NCBI RefSeq assembly: GCF_000018305.1
Contig: NC_009954.1
Coordinates: 600,001-632,000, forward strand
From: Caldivirga maquilingensis IC-167
Lineage (GTDB): Archaea > Thermoproteota > Thermoprotei > Thermoproteales > Thermocladiaceae
DNA length: 32,000 nt
Direction: 5' to 3'
Positions 1-8,333 of this stretch are shown piece by piece. The notes under the pieces were generated by a model. The model was not told the DNA's origin. It was given only the letters and a program-made list of their open reading frames with translations, and did not search any database. Position numbers and translations under genes: made by a program. The stretch's first letter is position 1; each line of letters opens with the position of its first letter.

Positions 1-154
1 AGAAGTCCCATATTAACCTCGCCTTACCATTCTCATTCAATTCAAGGGCATTGTACGGGCAAACCGAGATGCATGCACCACAGCCTATACAGGTATCCAT
101 ATCAACCACAACCCTCTGGTACTTGGCTAGTTCAGGTCCTGTTACTGTGGACAT
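1..154 (-). CDS. 4Fe-4S ferredoxin-domain protein (N-terminal part; the gene runs off the window)
   Basis: The reverse-strand ATG (rc of 152-154) opens MSTVTGPELAKYQRVVVDMDTCIGCGACISVCPYNALELNENGKARLIWDF... CIGCGACISVCP is the canonical CxxCxxCxxxCP cluster motif. It is absent from the ORF track because it is truncated by the window edge. Confidence 0.7.
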   Translation of the reverse strand, partial: MSTVTGPELAKYQRVVVDMDTCIGCGACISVCPYNALELNENGKARLIWDF

Positions 155-361
155 ACTTATCACTCTGGGGGCTATCTACGCGTAAATAACGTTTAGCTTA
201 TAGACTCCTAAGTGGTTTAACTCATTGAAGTCCACGGTTGATTTATATTTAGTTGACAAACGCAATATCAATTAGCTATATAATGGGTTAAATATTTTCA
301 AAATAATAAACCACACTAACTGAGTTAAGCCACCGCCACCCTGATTACTTAAGCACCACTG

Positions 362-673
362 CTATTGCAGTAACACTACTTGAATATACTTGTCTCCACG
401 TCTCTTAACCCTATACTTGTGCGTTGACCCATCCTTAAGAATAACCAACTCCCCCCTAATCCCCTTCTTAACAGCCCTCCAGCTTGTTGAGAAGTAGAAC
501 TCCCCCTCAGCGTACTTGGATCTGGCTATTGGGTATGCTGCATTATTATATATTATAACGCCCACACTCCAATCAGGAGCCTTCCTAGCAACCTCCTTAA
601 CATCTAATTCCTCCTCTCCCCCCTCCTCTTCCTCCTCGTCTCTCTCTGGATGTTCCTCGTCCTCAGCCACCAT
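362..673 (-). CDS. Hypothetical small protein with a strongly acidic N-terminal tail
   Basis: 103-aa ORF. The first ~25 residues are almost all E/D (EDEEHPERDEEEEEGGEEE). The C-terminal ~70 aa look like a basic beta-rich domain (KYRVKRRGDKY). A TATA-like box lies ~22 nt upstream. No family recognised. Confidence 0.45.
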   Translation of the reverse strand: MVAEDEEHPERDEEEEEGGEEELDVKEVARKAPDWSVGVIIYNNAAYPIARSKYAEGEFYFSTSWRAVKKGIRGELVILKDGSTHKYRVKRRGDKYIQVVLLQ

Positions 674-688
674 TAAGTCTCACCTGGC

Positions 689-700
689 TTATTTATAAAA
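689..700 (-). promoter_or_regulatory. TATA-like box (ttttataaataa on the minus strand) for the 362-673 gene; may also serve the divergent 755 gene
   Basis: An AT-rich TATA-like element is centred ~22 nt upstream of the ATG at 673. This is the typical archaeal leaderless geometry. Confidence 0.35.
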
Positions 701-754
701 CATACGTCTACTTAAGCGAGAAGGATTTTTAACACCGCACTTATCCAGTGAACT

Positions 755-1201
755 ATGAAGCTTAGTGGTCAAAAGCCCTGGGGTGTTGGTGTCAATGTTG
801 AGAACCTGTGGCAGTTAATTGAAAATAATACAATAGCCTTAGTTAAATGCGTACCAGATACCAGTGACATTAAGCAGATTGGGCCCCAGGAGTTTGAGTT
901 CAAGATAATGGTACGCATGGGTCCAGTTAGTGGAACATTTAACTCTAGGGTTAAGATAGAGAGTATTGATAAGGCCTCTGGGAAAGTCGCCATGACCTTG
1001 AACTCTAAGGGACCTGGTGCAGTTATGAATGCCTCAATAACAGCCACTATAAGTCAAACAGGGGTATCCTATGATGCTGATGTTAATCTAAGTGGTTTAC
1101 TTGCAGCTGTTGGTGAGAGGTTAATTAGGAATTACATTGATGGTAAACTTAATGAATTCCTCACAAACCTAGTTAAACTTGCTAAAACCGGTCAATGTTA
1201 G
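755..1201 (+). CDS. CoxG-like / SRPBCC ligand-binding domain protein
   Basis: 148 aa. The N-terminus (MKLSG..V.V.VENLWQLI.N......CVP) and the GTF..RV.IES pattern match the carbon-monoxide dehydrogenase subunit G (COG3427) family as I remember it. Confidence 0.65.
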   Translation: MKLSGQKPWGVGVNVENLWQLIENNTIALVKCVPDTSDIKQIGPQEFEFKIMVRMGPVSGTFNSRVKIESIDKASGKVAMTLNSKGPGAVMNASITATISQTGVSYDADVNLSGLLAAVGERLIRNYIDGKLNEFLTNLVKLAKTGQC

Positions 1202-1214
1202 GGCATGAATTAAG

Positions 1215-2102
1215 TCATCTCCTTAGCCTTGGGTTTATTGCCTCATCTATACCGTAAGCTAGTTCTATGAGACTAACCATGAATAAAGTGACGAATAATG
1301 TTGGGAAAAGGAAGTACCATATTGCCGACGAGCCATACGCTGCACCAAGCGATAATGCATTATTTATCATGTATCCCCAATTAGTTGGGTTAAATGGTAG
1401 AAGACCCAGGTAGTATAGGCCAACAGCAGCATACAGTGAACCCTCCATGTTCAATATTAGGTTAATCCAAATATAGGGCATTATTGTTGGTAAAATCTCC
1501 CTAAACAAAATATAACCCCACCCAAGGCCAAGGACCCTGGAAACCTCAACGTAAGGATATTCCTTAGATGACAATACCTGCGACCTAACGGACCTAGCTA
1601 ACCCAGTCCACCCAGTTATACTCAATACACCAGCCAACACAAGTGGATTAGCCGTATGAATCATTACAGCTATTATGACCGTTATGAGTAGGCTTGGTAT
1701 CGTTAATAATGCATCATTGAACAACATTATGATTGTATCAACAATACCACCAAAGTACCCTGAAACTAAACCCACCACTAATCCTATTACAGTCGTATAT
1801 AGTCCTGCCGGAAAACTAATCTCTAATATGAAGGGTGCACCGTTGGCTATATCCACTAGTACTGGTTCACCAATGTTATCTGTGCCGAACCATTATATGG
1901 GTGGCCAAAGCCTAGGTGGCTTAAGCGCCATGGCTGGATTTGTTCTATAATTATAGGGCAGGAGTATAGGGCCAACTACAGCCAATATAATGTAGAATAC
2001 CATCACAGCTACGCCGAATCTAGCGGCATTATTACTTAGAACAGTTTTAACAGATTTAATTAATGCTTGAAGACTACTTGCCGTCGTTACCTCAGCTCTC
2101 AC
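1215..2102 (-). pseudogene. DppC/OppC-type ABC transporter permease interrupted by one in-frame TAA
   Basis: ORFs 1893-2102 and 1215-1856 are in the same frame. The only break is TAA (rc of tta at 1893-1895). Reading through gives ...RLWPPI*WFGTDNIGEPVLVDIANGAP..., which restores the conserved GTD..G motif. An EAA-loop-like KEYPYVEVSRVLGLG is also present. The total is ~294 codons, a normal family length. Confidence 0.75.
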
Positions 2103-2244
2103 TAGTCCTCACCCTTGGGTCTATTAGTGAGTACGTTAAGTCAGCGATAACCATACCTATTACTATGGCTAAAACAATGAATAATAATACACCCATTGCC
2201 ACAGGCCAATCATCATTTGAAAGCGCATTAACGTAAAAAGCCAT
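2092..2244 (-). pseudogene. C-terminal remnant (~50 aa) of a DppB/OppB-type ABC permease
   Basis: My hand translation is MAFYVNALSNDDWPVAMGVLLFIVLAIVIGMVIADLTYSLIDPRVRTSES*, the characteristic last TM plus the D..Y...DPR tail of DppB-type permeases. An in-frame stop lies 2 codons upstream of the ATG. I saw no permease-like sequence in 2245-2600. Confidence 0.6.
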
Positions 2245-2608
2245 AAGATTCTAATTACCAACATAAGCGGGAAATATTCAATCAATAATGTATCCATATT
2301 ATATTAATCTAAAAACTTGAGTTAATGAGAACTATCATGAATAGGGACCGTGGTAATTCCGTTAATAACTATATAATAACTATCCTGCAGCCTTAGTCAA
2401 TACTATGCGATACCTATGCAGGTTCACTCATTGACGGTGGCTACAATTTGGGTCTTTAGCCTAATTACCCCTATCTCCCCACGGCTGTTTAGATGGGATT
2501 CAAGATTCATGGGGACATAGGACGGAACCCTAACCCACCTCTTAGTTAAGGTATTTCGAGTGTTGAGATGTGCTACATGGTTAAGTTTTTAAAGTTATTA
2601 ATGTATGC

Positions 2609-3643
2609 GTGTTTGTGATTGATGCATTATTGCTCATAATATTGTTTAAGGCTGGTGGAATACCGTTGGTTAACTACACTATTTATGTTCCGCAGAATAC
2701 CACTATTATTAATGTGACTCTACCTGTAACACCCATACCTGATACGATTGAGGCCATTAATGATTCAACTGGTTCACTGATACCGGTTAGCTTATACCCA
2801 GGTAATGTCTTAAGCGTGTTTGCGTTTGGTGGTGGTTACGTATCAATAGTGTATTACGGTAATTACACTTTTAATGCTGAATCCCTACTATACTCATTTA
2901 ACGTAGAATCTAAGGAGAATATAACCATAGTTTTCCCACCCTTCATAATACCATACAAGTTACCCATTAACATAATCTATCCTCCCCGTGTGGTTAATGG
3001 TTCAATACTCATTGTGGTTCTTCAACCCGGCAACTACACTATACAGTACGCCTACGTGCCAAGGAGCCTATTAACAGCAACTAATACATCCACGGTTAGC
3101 ACCAGCACTACCTCTACTGCAACAACCACCACAGCCACGGCCACCTCCTCAACAACAGTGAGTACTACAAGTACTACAGTGAGCAGTAGCACTGTTACTG
3201 CCACTGTATCCTCAACCCCGGTTACTTCCACATCAACCACAACATCCCAGGTTACGGTTACTTCAAGTCCAAGCACCACGGTGACTACGGTTTCATCGCA
3301 GTCAATTAGCCAGTCATCAGTAACAGCAATCAGTAAGAGTAACGTTACCCCACTTTACCTAGTGATTGCTGTTATTCTAATAGTGGTGGTTTCCGTGGTT
3401 GTCTTTTTGAGTAGGCGTAGGGCTCTTGAAGCCTTTGAGCAGCATAACTTAGATGAGGTTGATAGGTTAATTATAAGTACGCTTAGGCAGTACGGTGGTT
3501 CACTTTACCAGTCCCAACTACAGCAGTTGACTAATATACCTAAGACAACGCTTTGGCGCCACGTTATGAAGCTTAAGGACATGGGTATTGTGCGCGTGGA
3601 TAAGGTTAATGGTTTAAATAAGGTTACCTTAATCTCAGGTTAA
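2609..3643 (+). CDS. Membrane-anchored protein: extracellular N-glycosylation-rich domain, Thr/Ser linker, one TM helix, cytoplasmic winged-helix DNA-binding domain (COG2512-like)
   Basis: GTG start with an N-terminal hydrophobic segment. There are ~10 N-x-S/T sequons in aa 20-160 and an ST-rich tract at aa 156-245. The TM is LYLVIAVILIVVVSVVVFL followed by RRR. The C-terminus is LDEVDRLIISTLRQYGGSLYQSQLQQLTNIPKTTLWRHVMKLKDMGIVRV, a MarR/ArsR-like wHTH. Confidence 0.7.
   Translation: MFVIDALLLIILFKAGGIPLVNYTIYVPQNTTIINVTLPVTPIPDTIEAINDSTGSLIPVSLYPGNVLSVFAFGGGYVSIVYYGNYTFNAESLLYSFNVESKENITIVFPPFIIPYKLPINIIYPPRVVNGSILIVVLQPGNYTIQYAYVPRSLLTATNTSTVSTSTTSTATTTTATATSSTTVSTTSTTVSSSTVTATVSSTPVTSTSTTTSQVTVTSSPSTTVTTVSSQSISQSSVTAISKSNVTPLYLVIAVILIVVVSVVVFLSRRRALEAFEQHNLDEVDRLIISTLRQYGGSLYQSQLQQLTNIPKTTLWRHVMKLKDMGIVRVDKVNGLNKVTLISG
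3074..3343 (+). repeat. Low-complexity Thr/Ser-coding tract (ACN/AGY/TCN periodicity) inside the 2609-3643 CDS
   Basis: Codons 156-245 are almost exclusively T/S/V/A. This generates the spurious Val-rich antisense ORF 3052-3279. Confidence 0.85.
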
Positions 3644-3945
3644 CGGTGGTATTCCATGCTGATGCATTCGGAGTCTTATTTCTTTAAGGTTATGGTTCAT
3701 GGAGATGCTGTAAAGAGTAGGTTAGTGTATTAAGTAAGGTAATTAACGTAATTAATTAAGATATTGAGAGGAATGTTAATCATGGAATAAGGCTAAACAC
3801 CAAAGACAGGGGTCTCAAGTCTTAAAGGTTATTTAAGTGAAGTAGTTTAAGCTTGGAGTGGGGTTTAGTTATGTGTAAGAACTTAATAGGGATCACTACT
3901 CCCAGCATTTAATGCTTTAGAATTAGATTCTAGAGGCTTTATATT

Positions 3946-4434
3946 ATGATAATTGAGACTTACGATATTAACGGTAGGAGAGTACTGGTTGCCTTCACGG
4001 AGTCCGGGATTGCGTATAGGGATATAACGAGTGTTCATAGGTGGTATAGGCGCTTCTTCATCCCGGGTATAGTGGCTAGTGTACTGCTTGTAGTGGGTTC
4101 AATAGCCTACGCCATAGTAATGTATCAGAATGCAGTAGTACACTACCAGTATGAACCATACTACGTACTGATAGGTGGATTCGCAGTATCATTAATTATC
4201 TTAGCCGTTGTGAGGCTTAGTAGGCCTAGGGTTGATTGGCAGGCAGTGGTAATACCTATTATTCAAGTATGGTCAATCATAGTTTACGTTAGGAGTGGCT
4301 TAGTTTACGTGTATAGGTATGGTTCTCAAATGCCTGAACTAACCCTTAAGCTAAGGGGTAGGGAATTAGTTAACCTGCTTAATTCCCTTAATAATGAACC
4401 ATGGGTAAGGAAGGTAATGGTGTATGAGCAGTAG
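3946..4434 (+). CDS. Hypothetical membrane protein (2-3 TM helices)
   Basis: 162-aa ORF with hydrophobic helices IPGIVASVLLVVGSIAYAIVMY and YYVLIGGFAVSLIILAVV. No family recognised. Confidence 0.5.
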   Translation: MIIETYDINGRRVLVAFTESGIAYRDITSVHRWYRRFFIPGIVASVLLVVGSIAYAIVMYQNAVVHYQYEPYYVLIGGFAVSLIILAVVRLSRPRVDWQAVVIPIIQVWSIIVYVRSGLVYVYRYGSQMPELTLKLRGRELVNLLNSLNNEPWVRKVMVYEQ

Positions 4435-4437
4435 GCG

Positions 4438-6033
4438 CTACTGAGTGGTGAAGTCCAAGTAGGGTTCCTTCAAGTCAACCATTGCGTTAACGACTAATTC
4501 AGCTAAACCACCGTAGTGAATATTGTAAAGCTCAGTGACCCTATAGTGGGTTAGTAAATCCCTTAACTCACCCTTACAGTTGGAGCATGGTGCACATACG
4601 TATTTCGGAACCTTGGGGTCAATTGAATCCTTAAAGGCTTCAAGGATTTGTTTAAGCTTCATTCTTGAGGCGACCTTAATCCTCCATTCAGGGAAATTGA
4701 GTGAATTCATTATGGCGAAGCCACTGCCACCACCGCAGCAGTAATTGTAGACGCCGTGGGGCTCCATTTCCCTAAACATGGGTGCAATCATCCTCAACAC
4801 CTCCCTCTGGGGTTCAACTATGCCGGCTAACCTAACTATGTTGCATGGGTCATGGAGGGTCACTGGGAAATTATTCCTACCTGGGTCAAGGTTGAGTTTA
4901 CCGCTCTTAACAATATCCCTAAGCATTGGTAGTACGCTCTCCCTGGGTATCCTGTAATCATCCTTAAGCAACCTATCAGCAACCACAAGAAGGGCCTTAG
5001 TGGCGTGTCCACATTCACCAATAACGATTCTCTTAACCTCAAGCTTCCTGGCAACCTCAATATGCTTCATGGCTATTCTGGCTAATTGAGCATCATCATA
5101 CCATACACCGTAGTTAACGGCATCATAACCCACTAACTCACTGCTAAGGGTCCAACTAACCCCAGCCTCCTCAAGAATTATCGCGTAGGCAGCTGGATTC
5201 TCAGGCCATGAAATATACTCACCAGCATTATGAATTAACAATACATCGGCACCCTTCTCATCAACAGGTATTCTGATTCTTCTACCAAGCTTCTCACTTA
5301 TTAAATCCTCCATGAACTCAACCATGTTCATGAAAGCCTTCGGACTCATGCCTGTTGAGGAACCTGTCTTAAGCTGAAGCATAGTACCCTTCTCGTGGAG
5401 TGCCGTGGGTGCAATGCCCATCTCCATGCTTAGCAGTTTCCTTATCTCATGGGCTATTAACCCATTATCAATACCCAGTGGACAGGCTTGAACACACCTC
5501 CTACATAATGTACACCTATAGGCTAACTCACCCAGCCTAAGAATCGTACGCGCATTAAGCTCAATATTAACCCCAGGCTTCTTAAGAATATACTTATCGT
5601 AAATCCTCCTAAGCACCTCAGACCTGTACGTTGGCCTATAGGCATCCTTCCTCCCACTGGCCACGTATATTGGGCAAGCCTCAGCGCAGTTCTGGCACTT
5701 TGCGCAGTAATCCAGTGAGAGGAGTAGTGGTTGCAGGAATGTCCAATTACCTTCCATTGAAGTTAGCTTCCTTAAACCATCCAGGAACCCTTTAATAAGC
5801 CTCTCCTCCTCTTCCCTACTCCTGGGTTTCCAGGGTACATCAATGGCCACATACCCATCAAGTTCAGTTACGTAGCTACTTGACCATTCAGGCTTAGGTT
5901 CAGTTAAGGGGGGTTCTAGTTCAGGCTTATCGTAGGGTGGTGGTAGAGGCATTAAGTCACTTAGGCTTATCTTAATTAACCTACCCTCACGCCTACCTAT
6001 ATCCCTTATCCTAACCACCTTCTCATCTCTCAT
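4438..6033 (-). CDS. DsrK/HdrD-like iron-sulfur oxidoreductase (two ferredoxin-type 4Fe-4S motifs plus a CCG domain)
   Basis: CAKCQNCAEACP and CTLCRRCVQACP are CxxCxxCxxxCP motifs. The C-terminal NYCCGGGSGF...CAPCSNC is the CCG-domain signature of HdrD/DsrK/GlpC-type enzymes. It overlaps the upstream membrane subunit by 11 nt. Confidence 0.8.
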   Translation of the reverse strand: MRDEKVVRIRDIGRREGRLIKISLSDLMPLPPPYDKPELEPPLTEPKPEWSSSYVTELDGYVAIDVPWKPRSREEEERLIKGFLDGLRKLTSMEGNWTFLQPLLLSLDYCAKCQNCAEACPIYVASGRKDAYRPTYRSEVLRRIYDKYILKKPGVNIELNARTILRLGELAYRCTLCRRCVQACPLGIDNGLIAHEIRKLLSMEMGIAPTALHEKGTMLQLKTGSSTGMSPKAFMNMVEFMEDLISEKLGRRIRIPVDEKGADVLLIHNAGEYISWPENPAAYAIILEEAGVSWTLSSELVGYDAVNYGVWYDDAQLARIAMKHIEVARKLEVKRIVIGECGHATKALLVVADRLLKDDYRIPRESVLPMLRDIVKSGKLNLDPGRNNFPVTLHDPCNIVRLAGIVEPQREVLRMIAPMFREMEPHGVYNYCCGGGSGFAIMNSLNFPEWRIKVASRMKLKQILEAFKDSIDPKVPKYVCAPCSNCKGELRDLLTHYRVTELYNIHYGGLAELVVNAMVDLKEPYLDFTTQ

Positions 6034-6856
6034 TATTAATCACCCTTGCGTTATCTTCCCATGATCCATTTGACTTAATGTGGAGTGCACTCCAAGGCAT
6101 CCTAAGTCTCATTAATTCCTCAATCCTGCGGCTTAATTCACTGGAGCTTGGTTCATCATCCCAAAGAACCCTATGATACGTGAAGTACTTACCAATGAAG
6201 TGGGTTATCTTGGAGAAGGGTATGTAGGATACAAGTAGTTGAAGCACCATGACGTGGATCAGTATCACTGTATTTAACTGTGGTGGGTTCATGAATGGAT
6301 TAAGGAGGCTTGATGCAAACGCCCTAGCGTAGTTGAAGCTTGGGTCACTGAACCATGAGGCTAAGCCCGTTGCTAAGGCTAAGAGTACTATGAGTAGGTT
6401 GAAGTAGTCTGAGATAATTGTGTAATCCCTTAAAACAGGGTTAATAAGCCTCCTAACCAGTAACCCAACACCCCCAGTCACCGCCAATAATGCACCAGCT
6501 CCACCAACTATTATCGTAATGTAGTAGAGGAAGATGGACCAGGCGTTACTTGATGGCACTGGTATGTGGGCGTATACCTCAGTGACTGATCCTAGGAGTA
6601 TTAGTAGGAACCAAACCAGTATTAGGTATATTCCTAGGTGAAATGGGTAAGTGAGGGCCCAGAGCCTCTTATTATTATTGTAAATCCTCTTTATGAACAG
6701 CATTTCACTAAACAGTTCCTTAAGTTCCCCAATCACTGATGTGACTCTACCCTTAGACCACCAAAGCTCCTCCTCTAAGTATCCTCCACCGTACCTTACC
6801 TTACTCGGTGATTCATGAGGCACTGGGTAGAGTTCCCACCTTAGGTGAATGGGCAT
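6023..6856 (-). CDS. DsrM/HdrE/NarI-like integral membrane b-type cytochrome subunit (the true N-terminus is probably further upstream, to ~6946)
   Basis: Multi-TM protein with conserved His in TM helices (YPFHLGIYL, LIHVMVLQ, SKITHFIGKYFTYH), as in the NarI-gamma family. It is coupled to the HdrD-like gene. The reading frame stays open for 32 codons upstream and encodes a TM helix. Confidence 0.7.
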   Translation of the reverse strand: MPIHLRWELYPVPHESPSKVRYGGGYLEEELWWSKGRVTSVIGELKELFSEMLFIKRIYNNNKRLWALTYPFHLGIYLILVWFLLILLGSVTEVYAHIPVPSSNAWSIFLYYITIIVGGAGALLAVTGGVGLLVRRLINPVLRDYTIISDYFNLLIVLLALATGLASWFSDPSFNYARAFASSLLNPFMNPPQLNTVILIHVMVLQLLVSYIPFSKITHFIGKYFTYHRVLWDDEPSSSELSRRIEELMRLRMPWSALHIKSNGSWEDNARVINNER

Positions 6857-7325
6857 TGATGACCATTTACGCCACTTATACGCAATACCAACTGCGAAGA
6901 TTAATACTGCGGCGTAGGATGTGAATCTAAGTAATTGGGTTAACGTAAGTAATCACCCTTATTAAGTGGCTTACCATGTATCTTGGGAATCATTAACCTT
7001 AATGATAGGTTCTTAAGGTATACCATGCGCCTTAACCATTACTGTAAATATTTATTAATTATTTCACATCAATAATGAAAACTACTTAAGTCATCACTGG
7101 CTTTAACCTCCATTCATAATTACGCGGCTCATAGCAATCATAACTTAGCATTACCTTAGATGATGAGAAGCCTGGCATAATCCATGATTAATAATGAGGT
7201 TATTAAACCTTATGGGGGAATATTAGCTTCAACTCAGTATCATTATGCATGGAGTACATTACCTTACTCAATTCAATACCGCAATATGTTAAAACATTAA
7301 TAGGAGCCTCCAGTGTATTCCCCTT

Positions 7326-7559
7326 GTGAAGTTGTTTAAGTGTAGTTTATGTGGATTTGAGGTTCCCTTTAGTGAGGTCATCTACATTAAGGGTAATGTA
7401 GTTATCTGTAGAAGATGCTTCCCCACGTATTACGTTAAGAACTGTATCTTCCTAAGGAGGAGGCTCATTGGGGAGAATCCACAGGCCTGCTCCTTCTGCC
7501 AATACAGGAAGAATTGCGACTCATACATTGCTTCGCTCAAGGGTTCCCCTGAGGCCTAA
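7326..7559 (+). CDS. Small Cys-rich (zinc-ribbon-like) hypothetical protein
   Basis: 77 aa with a GTG start. Cys pairs are C6xxC9, C28xxC31 and C55xxC58, plus C40 and C64. No family recognised, so coding status is uncertain. Confidence 0.4.
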   Translation: MKLFKCSLCGFEVPFSEVIYIKGNVVICRRCFPTYYVKNCIFLRRRLIGENPQACSFCQYRKNCDSYIASLKGSPEA

Positions 7560-7664
7560 TCTTTAATACTACATGGGGGCTTACCTAAATATAAGCCGTG
7601 AGAAATAGTGGGTAATTCATCGAGTGAAGCATTATTGATTCAGCCACATTATCAATTAATCGCC

Positions 7665-8294
7665 TCACGTAACCCTAATTACGTAAACCTCAATGACTCT
7701 CCTCGGCTTCCTATGATGCCTATAGGTGTATGGTATACTTAACCTAAACCCGCGTGCAACCTCAATGCTTCTGCCCAATGACTTAACCACCTTAATAACG
7801 TAATCCTCAGTACCCTCCTTATGTATACTGTAGGTTACCTTAGATAAGTTAAGTGAAGCCATGAGTAGCTTAATATCAGTTCCTCTTGGACTCCATATAC
7901 CGAAGGGTGGATTCTGGAATACGGTATCCAGCGGCTTTGCGAGAGCTGGCCTTGTGAAGTCCATAACTGCAAAATCAACAGTATTAAGTAAGCTTAATTC
8001 ACTCAAGTACCTGTAGGCGTCCCTTACCGCATCCTCATCAATATCAGAGCATACGACTTGGGTTGAACCAAGTAATGCAGCAGCCGCTGAGAATCTACCT
8101 GTACCGCAGACTGGATCAATAACTCTTCTCCCAGCAACATCACCCTTAAGGTAGGCTAACCAAGCAACCTCAGCCACCACGTCGGCATCGGTGACGTACT
8201 GCTCCAGCTTAAGCTTAGGCCTACTATATCCTCCTATACCCTGTATAATAGCCTCAAGCTCCCTCTTCCCCCTAATGTAACTCCCCTTAAGCAT
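7665..8294 (-). CDS. SAM-dependent methyltransferase, METTL5/COG2263-like (putative RNA m6A methylase)
   Basis: Motif I is VIDPVCGTGRFS, followed by the acidic loop SDID and motif IV NPPFG (N6-adenine type). At 209 aa it has the typical size for this family. Confidence 0.7.
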   Translation of the reverse strand: MLKGSYIRGKRELEAIIQGIGGYSRPKLKLEQYVTDADVVAEVAWLAYLKGDVAGRRVIDPVCGTGRFSAAAALLGSTQVVCSDIDEDAVRDAYRYLSELSLLNTVDFAVMDFTRPALAKPLDTVFQNPPFGIWSPRGTDIKLLMASLNLSKVTYSIHKEGTEDYVIKVVKSLGRSIEVARGFRLSIPYTYRHHRKPRRVIEVYVIRVT

Positions 8295-8333
8295 TAATGC
8301 TTATCACGTTGAATAGTTAATTAAACTACGGAT

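Noticed and set aside
3052-3279. A 75-aa Val-rich ORF antisense to the Thr/Ser linker of the 2609-3643 gene. The analogous 105-aa Val-rich ORF 29280-29597 lies antisense to the SBP linker.
   Set aside because: Both are mirror images of ACN-repeat (Thr) coding tracts, because GTN reads as Val on the other strand. They lie entirely inside well-supported genes, so they are low-complexity artefacts.
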